Assembly (NCBI GenBank): GCA_002269645.1
Contig: NIVC01001079.1
Location: 1 to 64,000 of the forward strand
Source: Macrostomum lignano
Lineage: Eukaryota
DNA: 64,000 nt
Direction of reading: 5' to 3'
Made by a program: the position numbers and the translations under genes. Positions 23,401 through 32,064 of the stretch are shown piece after piece. Numbering within the stretch: the first letter of the stretch is position 1; every line of letters begins with the position of its first letter. Under the pieces are notes generated by a model, which had not been told where the DNA came from, searched no databases, and saw only the letters and a list, made by a program, of their open reading frames with translations.

Positions 23401-26400
23401 CACATCTTTCCATGTAATTCCACATTTTTCCAAATATTTCCACATCTTTCCACGTCTTTCCATATCTTTCTACATCTTTCCATAGCTTTCCACATATTTC
23501 CACATCTTTCCACGTCTTTCCACATCTTTCCACATATTTCTATGTTTTTCCACTTTTTTACCACATTTTCCACATCTTTCCATATCGTTCTACATCTTTT
23601 CATATCTTTCCACGTCTTTCCACATCTTTCCACATCATCTTTCCACGTCTTTCCACATATTTCCACATATTTCCCACATCTTTCCACGTCTTTCCATATC
23701 TTTCCACATCTTTCCACATCTTTCCATCTATTTCCACGTATTTCAACGTCATTAAACGAATTCCCACACACTTTCACCGTCAAGACCACGCCGGTGTCGG
23801 TGCGGGAGCTCGGATCCCCGGTGCTGGAGCGGCTTCGCCCGGTTCAAGCGCCGCCGCCGAAGCCGCCGACGCCACCGCCTCCCCCGCCGGAGGAGCCGCC
23901 GAGCCCGGAGGAGGAGAGCAGCAGCTCCGAAAGCGACGACGACGACCGGACGACGGTGCGGCCGCAGGTGGACGATCCGACAACCGGCCGGATCATCCAG
24001 TACTTGACTTCTGATCACCGTCTGTGGCGCTACGCTCCCTTCAACTTTGAGCAGTACCCCGGCATGCGGATGAACGTGCCGCCCGACCGCATTCCCTGGG
24101 AGGTGGGTGGCGCTGGCTGGGTGGCTTCAATTTTGGTAGCGCCAATGGGGATGGCGCCGTTTCAGGTGGCGCCGGTGGGGGTGGCGCCGATGGGGTGGCG
24201 CCGATAGAGATGGCGCCGATGGGGATGGCGCCGATGAGGATGGCGCCGATGGGGTGGCGCCGATGGGATTGCGCCGATGGGGATGGCGCTGATGGGGATG
24301 GCGCCGATGGGGATGGCGCCGATGGGGATGGCGCCGATGGGGATGGCGCCGATGGGGATGGCGCCGATGGGGATGGCGCCGATGGGGATGGCGCCGATGG
24401 GGATGGCGCCGATGGGGATGGCGCCGATGGGGATGGCGCCGATGGGGATGGCGCCGATGGGGATGGCGCCGATGGGGATGGCGCCGATGGGGTTGGCGCC
24501 GATGGGGATGGCGCCGATGGGGATGGCGCCGATGGGGATGGCGCCGATGGGGATGGCTCCGATTCTGGTGGCGCCGACGGGGTGGCGTTGATGGGGTGAT
24601 GTTTGATGGAGGTGGCGCCGATGGGGTGGCGCCGATGGGGACGGCGCCGATGGAATGTCGCCGATAGGGTGGCGTTTTATGGAGGTGGCGCCGATGAGGT
24701 GGCGTTTTATGGAGGTGGCGCCGATCGGTGTGGGGCCGGTGGGGGTGGCGCCGATGGAGATGGTGGCGCCGATGGAGATGGCGCTGGTGGGGTGGCGTCA
24801 ATGGGGTGGGGCCGATTGGGGTGGCGCCGATGGGGGTGGCGCTGATGGGGGTGGCGCCAACAGTGGCGCCAATGAGGCTGGCGCCAATAGAATTTACACG
24901 GCCAACGATCATCTCCGCTCCGCTCCAACCGCAGATCGAATATCGGGAATATTTTGCATTCGACGCATCAGACGAAGTGCTGGTCTACCCGGGACCGGAC
25001 GCTCACGACAACTCGTCTGTGTGAGTTCGTCTGCAGATTCTTGTAGCGAGATATTGTTCTTAAAATTTTTCACACAATATTCTATTATAAATACTTGATA
25101 GTTTCAATCACGACTAATGATAGTACACCGGCGCATAATTATCGATCACACAAGCCCTTAATTATTGATAACACCAATCCTTAATTATCGATAATACCAG
25201 CCCTTAAATATCGATAACGGCAAACCCTTAATTATTGATAACACCAATCCTTAATTATCGATAACACCAGCCCTTAATTATCGATGACACCAGCCCATAA
25301 TTATCGATAACACCAGCCCTTAATTATCGATAACACTAGCCCTTAATTATCGATAACACTAGCCCTTAATTATCGATAACACCAGCCCTTAATTATCGAT
25401 AACACTAGCCCTTAATTATCGATGACACCAGCCCTTAATTATCGATGACACCAGCCCTTTATTATCGATAACACCAATCCTTAATCATCGATTTCGGCAA
25501 ACCCTTAACTATTGATGACACCAGCCCTTAACAGTAGGAATACCAAGCCATTTTTCCGCCCGTCGAACTACCAAGGGGGGGGGAAAAATTTCCCCCCCCC
25601 CTGACAAATTTTTTTGCTGCGCCGGAACGGAGCAACGCAGACACACAAAATTCAAGAACACGGGCTAACTTTTTGTTGCGCACCTTCTCAAACAAGAATC
25701 AAGTCGCCAGCCCTCCGGACCGTCGAGATATTCGACGATTCTGCCAGAAGGTCGGATTTTTCCCATAAGCGCTAGTGTATTCAGTACACCCCTGTGCGCC
25801 AATCAGCACTGCGCCTCAGTGCAGCCTTGCCAAGTCTCCAAATTTCATCAGCACGTCGACCAAATGTGTCTGCATCAGCTCTGACTTCGTTGGTTACTGG
25901 CCTTCACCGAGACGGAGCTTCTAGACCTTCAACAGGTGGCACCAGGTGACTATGAACACCTTGATGCGAATTTCTCCAGTTTCACCGATCAAGCCTCGAC
26001 AGTAGGCAAGCCTCAACTGCCAGACACCCTCAGCTAGTCTCCTGAGCATTCCGTCATCATCCCGACACCGTCGGCTCCTTCAACAGGTGGCATCAGGTGA
26101 CTATGGACGTCCTTTTGCAACTATGTCAGGTCTTTCTTATCAAGCTTCAATAATGGGCAAACCTCAACCGACGGACATTGTCAGCTAGTCTCTCGAGCAT
26201 TCCGTCATCATCCCGACGCCGTCGGCTCCTTCAACAGATTACACCAGCTGACTATGGACATCCTGATAAGAATTTCTCTAGTTTTGCCGATCAAGCCTCG
26301 ATAGTGGGCAAAAATCAACTGCTGGACATCCTCAGCTAGTCAGTCAAGCATTCAGCCATCACCCCGACGCCGTCGGCACCTTCAACAGGTGGCACCAGGG

Positions 26401-29400
26401 GAGTAAGGACACCTGAGCGTGATTTTTCATCATGCTCTTAACATTTCTGAATCATTATAAAATGAAAAAACGGATTGAATTTACTAGCTTCTTATAAGCA
26501 AAACCCTTTCTGCATAAAAATTGGGTTCAATATTATAGTTGAATAAACTAAACAGCTTTTCGAATAAAATATGTATGTAGCTCGTATGCATAAAAGTATG
26601 CGTAATAATAATATAATATACAGCAACATGAGTTCAAGCTTAACTATAGCAATGTCCGTGCTTTAAAAATTTTGAGAGCTTCAGAAATGTTAAGAGCATG
26701 ATGAAAAATCACGCTCAGGTGTCCTTACTCCCCTGGTGCCACCTGTTGAAGGAGCCGACGGCGTCGGGATGATGACGGAAGGCTTGAGAGACTAGCTGAG
26801 AATGTCCAGCAGTTGATTTTTGCCCATTGTCGAGGCTTGATCGGCGAAACTAGAGAAATCCGCATCAGGGTGTCCTTACTCCCCTGGTGCCACCTGTTGA
26901 AGATGCCGACGGCGTCGGGGTGATGGCTAAATGCTTAGGAGACTAGCTGAGGGTGTCTGGCAGTTGAGGCTTGCCTACTGTCGAGGCTTGATCGGCGAAA
27001 CTAGAGAAATTCGCATCAAGGTGTTCATAGTCACCTGGTGCCACCTGTTGAAGGTCTAGAAGCTCCGTCTCGGTGAAGGCCAGTAACCAACGAAGTCAGA
27101 GCTGATGCAGACACATTTGGTCGACGTGCTGATGAAATTTGGAGACTTGGCAAGGCTGCACTGAGGCGCAGTGCTGATTGGCGCACAGGGGTGTACTGAA
27201 TACACTAGCGCTTATGGGAAAAATCCGACCTTCTGGCAGAATCGTCGAATATCTCGACGGTCCGGAGGGCTGGCGACTTGATTCTTGTTTGAGAAGGTGC
27301 GCAACAAAAAGTTAGCCCGTGTTCTTGAATTTTGTGTGTCTGCGTTGCTCCGTTCCGGCGCAGCAAAAAAATTTGTCAGGGGGGGGGAAATTTTCCCCCC
27401 CCCCCTTGGTAGTTCTACTGTTAATTATCTACAAAATCAACCCAAGAATCGACTATTTACACTTCACTCCAACTTATCCAATACAATAGACTCAAAATAC
27501 CAACAACTCAAGCTAAAAGATTGTTCCAAATTTTTATACCTATTAAATGACAGCACAGATTCCATTATCGATGCTACAGACATTAGCCTCTTTTAGTTGG
27601 AGAAAAACTTTGAAAATTAGTTATCGCTCAATTACGCAATTTTCTCGCATCACACTACTATCAGCGGCACAAATTGAATCTGCAATCCGCAGGTCGGTCC
27701 ACTCGCTGCCATTCAACCAATACGACAGCGCGCACAAGCTCCGTCGCCAGAGCATGATGGGTCGCTACCGGCTAGACTCGAACTCCGGAGCACCGCTCAA
27801 CCCGATGGGCCGGACAGGGCTGAAAGGCAAAGGCCTGCTGCCCAGGTGGGGCCCCAACAACGCTGCCGTGGTGGTCATGACCCGCTGGAACCGGGCGCCA
27901 TCTGGGGCTGTCATCCACCGGCTGGGCAAGCCGATCCTGCAGGTGGTGTCGCTGTTCCGCCACAAACAGTTCTGCCTGCCCTGGGTGAGTGGACTGGGAC
28001 GGGGACGGTGGGGGTGTCTAGGAAGGTCCTTGTACCCTCACATCCATGAGCAATGCTGGGGCACGCACTCATACAAGGTGTACAGCAGCACCTTTTTTAC
28101 TTTCTAATCGTCAGGCATTGTACACACAGTCAGTCAGGAATTATACTTTTAGCCCTGGAGCACAGATACTAGAATAACTAAATAGGCCACTCAGCACATT
28201 TGCGTGTAATCTACTTTCAATTCAGTAGTAAGTTTAACACTACTGAATTGGGTTTGTATTTTTAAAGCCAAGGCTCATTTATTGCCTCTTACCTAATTAA
28301 ACCCTCCAACCGCGCCTTTCCACCCAAACCTCTACCCCCGCCCGCCCCAATTTTATTGCCTTTCTCGGAATTCCAGCCTAAAGTGGCCATGTACATTTCA
28401 GTGGACTGGCTAGATGTACATTATTGCTGAACCAATTAGCAAGTTGTTTATGCGCCTGCAAGCTTGGGCTTCTAAACTTATCAAAGTCATTTTTGCTGTT
28501 TTTTTTATAAAATAGCTTATGTATTCTTCTTTGCTACTGAACTGAAAGTAGAAAGCTGTTTTACTAAGTATATATGCCTGTTTTACTAAGTTATTTTAGT
28601 ATCTGTGGTCGTGGAGCAGGGTCAGATGGGTAACATTAAAGGTCACCTTGAAGGTCACCAAATTTTAGTCGGCCTTGGCAATCAATCAGCCAATCATAAT
28701 TTAACCTGCCAATCAAACTCCGCACCCGCAGTACCTCACGGATCACCAGTCGCACTGCGACTACGACCAGTGCGTGGCCCAGTTTCTCAAAGTCTTCGTC
28801 AGTCGGCGATTGAAGCAGCTGATGCAGCATAGGGGCGCTCGCCAGGAGATCACGGCAGTTCAGAAGGGAAGAGCGGAACAGGTACGAATTCGTTGTTGGT
28901 TCCTTGGGGCCACAGGCTGCGGACAAAAAATAAACATTTTCGAGTTATAACAAAACGGATAAATTTGACCGCGCTTTTGTAGGCAATTCGGCATTCGGAA
29001 ACTGATTTGGTATGAATGAAGAATTCATAAATCGCGAATAAAACTTTTTAGTTGGAAATGATAGTACTTTTAAAATAAGTTTTTACTATTCCTTAAATTT
29101 TATTCCGTTGAATACGTTCTGCCACCCTATCAAGTGGTTCTTATGTTTCTGTTTACCTGAATTTTAGTTTTTTTTGTACAAAAATAATATAAATAATAAT
29201 CCTAAATAGGGAATCCAGAATCCGATATGGGGAATCCCGAATCCAAATAGGGAATCCCAAATCCTAAATGGGGAATCCCGAATACGAACTTGGAAATACC
29301 GAACCAGAGATTGGGAATCCTGAACCCGAAATGAGGAATTCAGAATCCGATATGCGGAATCCCGAATCCGACATGGGGAATCCCGAATCCGACATGGGGA

Positions 29401-31732
29401 ATCCCGAATCCGATATGCGGAATCCCGAATCCGATATGTGAAATCCCGAATCCGATATGCGAAATCCCGAATCCGATATGCGACATCCCGAATCCGATAT
29501 GCGGAATCCCGAATCCGATACGGAGAATCGCGAATCCGATATGCGGAATCCCGAATCCGATACGGAGAATCGCGAATCCGATATGGGGAATCCTGAATCC
29601 GAAATGGGGAATCCCGAATCCGAAATGGGGAATCCCGAATCCAAACGAGGGAATCCCGAATCCAAACCAGGGAATCAACATCCCAGGTTAAAGTATTATT
29701 TTTTGGAATCCCTGTTGCTTTCTTAGAAATGCCAATACCTCACCTTAACCCTCTTTTCTTTGCATCATTTTTCTGTTTTTAAAATAATTCCTGTCCTAGT
29801 ATTCGCTGCTAATTTTTTCTATCAATGTGTCGGCGATAAAAATTTGTTATTATCTCGGGCATTTGACACGACTTGGTGCATAAACAAATTTCAGATATTC
29901 AAAGGCTACCTGGATGACCATCTAAATTCGGACAATGCCTGGATTGAGGCGGTGGTCATCAATATTCACGAATCTGAGGGCTGGAAATTCTCTGACGCTA
30001 TGCTCAAGGTGAGCTCTGGGGCGCTACCGATTAAGCTACGATAATAGTTACTGGTGATTGGATGGCTTGCCATCCCACATCCAGGTGTAGGGTGTAATAA
30101 AATGGGTTGCCAGGCCTCACACCAGCAAGTCGACGGCCTTTTATGGAGTGCCATCCCCCACCAAAAGAAGTGTCATCCCACACTAATGGGTCATCCCACA
30201 CTAATGGGTCATCCCACACTAGAAAGTGCCATCCCACACACCAAGAAGTGTCATCCCACACTAGAAAGTGTCATCCCACACACCAAGAAGTGTCATCCCA
30301 CACTAGAAAGTGTCATCCCACACTAATGGGTCATCCCACACTAATGGGTCATCCCACACTAGAAAGTGCCATCCCACACACCAAGAAGTGTCATCCCACA
30401 CTAGAAAGTGTCATCCCACACACCAAGAAGTGTCATCCCACACTAGAAAGTGCCATCCCACACTAGGAAGTGCCATCCCACACTACGAAGTGCCATCCCA
30501 CACTAGGAAGTGCCATCCCACACTACGAAGTGCCATCCCACACTAGGAAGTGCCATCACACACACCAAAAAGTGTCATCCTATACACCAAGAAGTGTCAC
30601 CCCCACACCAAGAAGTGTCATCCCACACACCAAGAAGTGTCATCCCCCACACCAAGAAGTGCCATCCCACACACCAAGAATTGTCATCCCACACACCAAG
30701 AAGTGCCATCCCACACACCAAGAAGTGTCATCCCACACACCAAGAAGTGTCATCCCACACACCAGGAAGTGCCATCTCACACACCAGGAAGTGCCATCTC
30801 ACACACCAAGAAGTGCCATCCCACACACCAAGAAGTGTCATCCCACACACCAGGAAGTGTCATCCCACACACCAAGAAGTGTCATCCCACACACCAAGAA
30901 GTGTCATCCCACACACCAGGAAGTGCCATCTCACACACCAGGAAGTGCCATCTCACACACCAAGAAGTGCCATCCCACACACCAAGAAGTGTCATCCAAC
31001 ACTACGAAGTGCCATCCCACACTAGGAAGTGCCATCCCACACTACGAAGTGCCATCCCACACTAGGAAGTGCCATCACACACACCAAAAAGTGTCATCCT
31101 ATACACCAAGAAGTGTCACCCCCACACCAAGAAGTGTCATCCCACACACCAAGAAGTGTCATCCCACACACCAAGAAGTGTCATCCCCCACACCAAGAAG
31201 TGCCATCCCACACACCAAGAATTGTCATCCCACACACCAGGAAGTGTCATCCCACACACCAAGAAGTGCCATCCCACACTAGGAAGTGCCATCACACACA
31301 CCAAAAAGTGTCATCCTATACACCAAGAAGTGTCACCCCCACACCAAGAAGTGTCATCCCACACACCAAGAAGTGTCATCCCACACACCAAGAAGTGTCA
31401 TCCCCCACACCAAGAAGTGCCATCCCACACACCAAGAATTGTCATCCCACACACCAGGAAGTGTCATCCCACACACCAAGAAGTGTCATCCCACACACCA
31501 AGAAGTGTCATCCCCCACACCAAGAAGTGTCATCCCACACACCAAGAATTGTCATCCCCCACACCAAGAAGTGCCATAAGTGTCAAAATACCCACCCAAC
31601 GACCAGGTATTCGCGGAGGCGGACTGCGACGAGCAGGTGAAGTGGATGGAGGTGGCCTACAGCACGGCACTTCGGTCCAGCCACTGCGAACTCTTGAAAA
31701 CCGTGGCAGGCAATCACAATGCCTATTTTTGA
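2273..31732 (+). CDS. TRPM2: TRPM2-like cation channel with C-terminal NUDT9-H domain (5'-partial, ~21 exons, ~1487 codons in window)
   Basis: Exons 2273-2429, 2881-3099, 3969-4061, 5350-5454, 8410-8541, 9987-10241, 11223-11255, 11758-11867, 12447-13044, 15990-16052, 17653-17746, 18598-18726, 20942-21458, 21973-22565, 23091-23366, 23785-24102, 24935-25020, 27693-27984, 28732-28881, 29895-30008, 31607-31732. All have AG/GT borders and compatible phases, apart from a 1-nt gap at ~12591. TRPM motifs: LVGDFYQPLY, ELLIWSLL, FYMAPVIRF, EEIKQ, SWNKLD, YFQMFGEF, NLLIAMFS, TRP box WNYQRY. NUDT9-H motifs: PLNPMGRTGLKGKGLLPRWGPN, GYLDDHLNSDNAWIE. Confidence 0.9.
2500..2806. repeat. (GAGAG)n pentamer microsatellite
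   Basis: Directly visible. Confidence 0.95.
2881..3099 (+). CDS. Putative TRPM insert exon, phase 1-1 (219 nt)
   Basis: ctcag/gtaag borders, open frame LVQTAQTGYLPAYFFTKSG..., GC-rich. Confidence 0.7.
3969..4061 (+). CDS. Putative TRPM insert exon, phase 1-1 (93 nt)
   Basis: aag/gtattg borders, open frame VHTMKRDAIAAHHISSESSVTFSDGIRFIDE. Confidence 0.55.
5350..5454 (+). CDS. Putative TRPM insert exon, phase 1-1 (105 nt)
   Basis: cacag/gtgaac borders, DDDTSDSNARGYENPIMES... Confidence 0.6.
5577..7490. repeat. ~21-25-bp minisatellite (TAGTGTCACCTGTTAGACAGGAGA), 1.9 kb
   Basis: About 80 units with recurring variant units. Confidence 0.95.
8410..8541 (+). CDS. Putative TRPM insert exon, phase 1-1 (132 nt)
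   Basis: Weak aag acceptor, strong gtaag donor, GC-rich open frame. Confidence 0.5.
8670..9230. repeat. ~110-bp tandem repeat arranged as an alternating ~219-bp dimer
   Basis: Palindrome TTGAACGTTCAA or variants at 8686, 8793, 8905, 9011, 9124, 9211. Confidence 0.85.
9987..10241 (+). CDS. Putative TRPM insert exon, phase 1-1 (255 nt, poly-Gly)
   Basis: gacag/gtatac borders, open frame with LRRRRSSLEFMEILN and a Gly run. Confidence 0.7.
11223..11255 (+). CDS. Putative TRPM microexon, phase 1-1 (33 nt)
   Basis: Pyrimidine tract then tag, gtacag donor, ADLQRQLVEAE. Confidence 0.45.
11758..11867 (+). CDS. TRPM2: TRPM exon (MHR4, ELLIWSLLVGKLQMAELFW)
   Basis: ctaat branch site, ttgcag/gtggg borders; TRPM motif. 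Confidence 0.88.
12086..12421. mobile_element. Palindromic MITE, ~336 bp
   Basis: GGGCCTGTCAACTTAAGCTCATAAAGTGG... pairs with ...CCACTTTATGAGCTTGAGTTGACAGGCCC; arms pair almost to the centre. Confidence 0.8.
12447..13044 (+). CDS. TRPM2: TRPM exon (MHR4/pre-S1) with 1-nt frameshift and polyQ
   Basis: EPIAAALL...LDQCY in one frame, EDERRAQFLINREL...HPCCQDFL in the next; gtaagt donor. Confidence 0.85.
13100..13250. repeat. ~22-bp minisatellite (GATTAGGGCGATTCTCGTGATG)
   Basis: About 6 units. Confidence 0.8.
13814..15588. repeat. Highly homogeneous 15-bp minisatellite (ATAGACTGTGTCAGA), 1.8 kb
   Basis: More than 110 near-identical units. Confidence 0.97.
15990..16052 (+). CDS. Putative small TRPM exon, phase 2-2
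   Basis: ttctcag/gtggg borders; bridges the phase-2 ends of the flanking exons (QSDNQLGAQFDGASLQSSED). Confidence 0.5.
   Translation, partial: SVRQPAGSAIRWRQPSELGG
16720..16792 (+). tRNA. tRNA-Arg(CCT): tRNA-Arg(CCT), inside a TRPM intron
   Basis: 73-nt cloverleaf: GCCCGTG/CACGGGT acceptor stem, A box TGGCCTAATGG, anticodon loop CTCCTAA, T loop GGTTCGAGTCC, T-run terminator at ~16805. Confidence 0.95.
16899..16944 (+). repeat. Dispersed ~45-bp SINE-like fragment, copy A
   Basis: cagcggcccaggctcgattccaagtgcagtcacattaat, with a near-identical inverted copy at 44688-44732; B-box-like core. Confidence 0.6.
17159..17334. mobile_element. Small MITE-like element with imperfect TIRs
   Basis: ggtgggttgctttcacaaacgcaaaatttcacaaccgc versus the reverse complement of gcggttatgaagtttcgcgtttatgaaacccacc. 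Confidence 0.45.
17653..17746 (+). CDS. TRPM2: TRPM exon (pre-S1, RIRDFYMAPVIRFVYNT)
   Basis: poly-C ag acceptor, gtgag donor; TRPM FY.AP..F motif. Confidence 0.88.
17945..18582. repeat. ~21-bp minisatellite (GAGCTTAGATTTTGA core) with a 5'-3' variant gradient
   Basis: ggcttggag units are replaced by agattcgag units. Confidence 0.92.
18598..18726 (+). CDS. TRPM2: TRPM exon (S1-S2)
   Basis: ISYVAFLVIFSYMLL...WMVTLLLEEIKQ; ttgcag/gtgag borders. Confidence 0.9.
19400..19950. repeat. ~87-bp purine/G-rich tandem repeat
   Basis: About 6 units cgataataggggtgtggaaaggcg...gaatgaacgag. Confidence 0.9.
20600..20862. repeat. 30-bp minisatellite (GTTGCTATGGAAGTATCTAGGGAAATCCTA)
   Basis: About 8 units. 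Confidence 0.9.
20942..21458 (+). CDS. TRPM2: TRPM exon (S3-S5 and pore helix)
   Basis: SWNKLD, LGPKLIMIGKM, YFQMFGEF. Confidence 0.92.
21490..21940. repeat. Degenerate CCAATCAG-rich minisatellite
   Basis: Many AACCAATCAGAATC units. Confidence 0.8.
21973..22565 (+). CDS. TRPM2: TRPM exon (S6, TRP box)
   Basis: CP..WLVP, NILMFNLLIAMFSSTY, WNYQRY, PPL motif. Confidence 0.92.
22570..22935. repeat. 21-bp minisatellite (GTGTCTGACAGGCGGGATTTC)
   Basis: Starts just after the 22566 donor. Confidence 0.9.
22936..23068. repeat. 20-bp minisatellite (TGTATCTAACAGCTCAGTTG)
   Basis: About 6 units just upstream of the 23090 acceptor. Confidence 0.85.
23091..23366 (+). CDS. TRPM2: TRPM exon (coiled coil)
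   Basis: cccccag/gtgag borders; heptad pattern LDGRVGELSTAVQGVSQLL. Confidence 0.8.
23385..23745. repeat. ~11-bp repeat (CACATCTTTC)
   Basis: Fills the intron. Confidence 0.9.
23785..24102 (+). CDS. TRPM2: TRPM exon (Pro-rich linker, start of NUDT9-H)
   Basis: PPPKPPTPPPPPPEE...YPGMRMNVPPDRIPWE, resembling NUDT9 VP..KV.W. Confidence 0.82.
24140..24890. repeat. 15-bp G-rich minisatellite (GATGGGGATGGCGCC)
   Basis: Homogeneous core at ~24280-24560 with degenerate flanks. Confidence 0.92.
24935..25020 (+). CDS. TRPM2: TRPM exon (NUDT9-H cap)
   Basis: ccgcag/gtgagt borders; phase 2 end matches the next exon. Confidence 0.75.
25135..25530. repeat. ~24-bp minisatellite (CCCTTAATTATCGATAACACCAG)
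   Basis: About 15 units. Confidence 0.9.
25565..27415. mobile_element. Foldback-type non-autonomous DNA transposon (1.85-kb palindrome)
   Basis: Arms ~25565-26450 and ~26680-27415 are inverted copies; ends TA|CCAAGGGG...CCCCTTGG|TA; ~150-bp internal subrepeats (4 left, 3 right); no ORF. Confidence 0.88.
27693..27984 (+). CDS. TRPM2: TRPM exon (NUDT9-H: FNQYD...PLNPMGRTGLKGKGLLPRWGPN)
   Basis: Close match to the NUDT9/TRPM2 P-loop-like motif; gtgagt donor. Confidence 0.92.
28732..28881 (+). CDS. TRPM2: TRPM exon (degenerate Nudix-box region)
   Basis: ccgcag/gtacga borders, phase 0-0, YLTDHQSHCDYDQCVAQFLKVFVSRRLKQLM. Confidence 0.75.
29205..29675. repeat. 21-bp minisatellite (GAATCCCGAATCCGATATGCG)
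   Basis: About 22 units. Confidence 0.9.
29895..30008 (+). CDS. TRPM2: TRPM exon (NUDT9-H: IFKGYLDDHLNSDNAWIE)
   Basis: Matches NUDT9 YKGYVDDPRNTDNAWME. Confidence 0.9.
30135..31578. repeat. ~20-22-bp minisatellite (AAGAAGTGTCATCCCACACACC) with higher-order blocks
   Basis: The block starting gtgccatcacacacaccaaaaagtg recurs at ~30550, ~31070 and ~31285. Confidence 0.93.
31607..31732 (+). CDS. TRPM2: TRPM terminal exon
   Basis: VKWMEV...LRSSHCELLKTVAGNHNAYF*, resembling the NUDT9-H C-terminus (LYASH..L..VA). Confidence 0.88.
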   Translation, partial: VFAEADCDEQVKWMEVAYSTALRSSHCELLKTVAGNHNAYF

Positions 31733-32064
31733 GGCCTCAAAATCCAGCTGTATGAGTAGATAATCCTATACGGATATCTGATATCTGATTTTATATCCTA
31801 TTGTTAGTAGTATATGTGCTGATGCAGAGGTTAAATTTGCCTGAAAATATTCAACTTTGCACATCTACATGTGATTCCTGCCGTAAAGCCTCGTGTTACA
31901 TGCAGACTTGGTTGTTACTGCTGCTGTTGCTGCTGCGAGGGACACTTCGTGTTCTTGTATTCTGTTGCCATTAAGCAAGTGGATTTTAAGTTTACATTGT
32001 CACTTCAGCTCTAATTGGTCATCTATAGCTAGACTCTCTAGTGCCACTTTCCTGTGCTTGACAC

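Noticed and set aside
24127-24912. (GMAPM)n, (DGDGA)n and (RRHPH)n ORFs
   Set aside because: 15-bp repeat lying between valid donor (24103) and acceptor (24934) sites.
30107-31755. His/Thr/Pro-rich ORFs
   Set aside because: Minisatellite translations inside the last TRPM intron; only 31607-31732 is coding.
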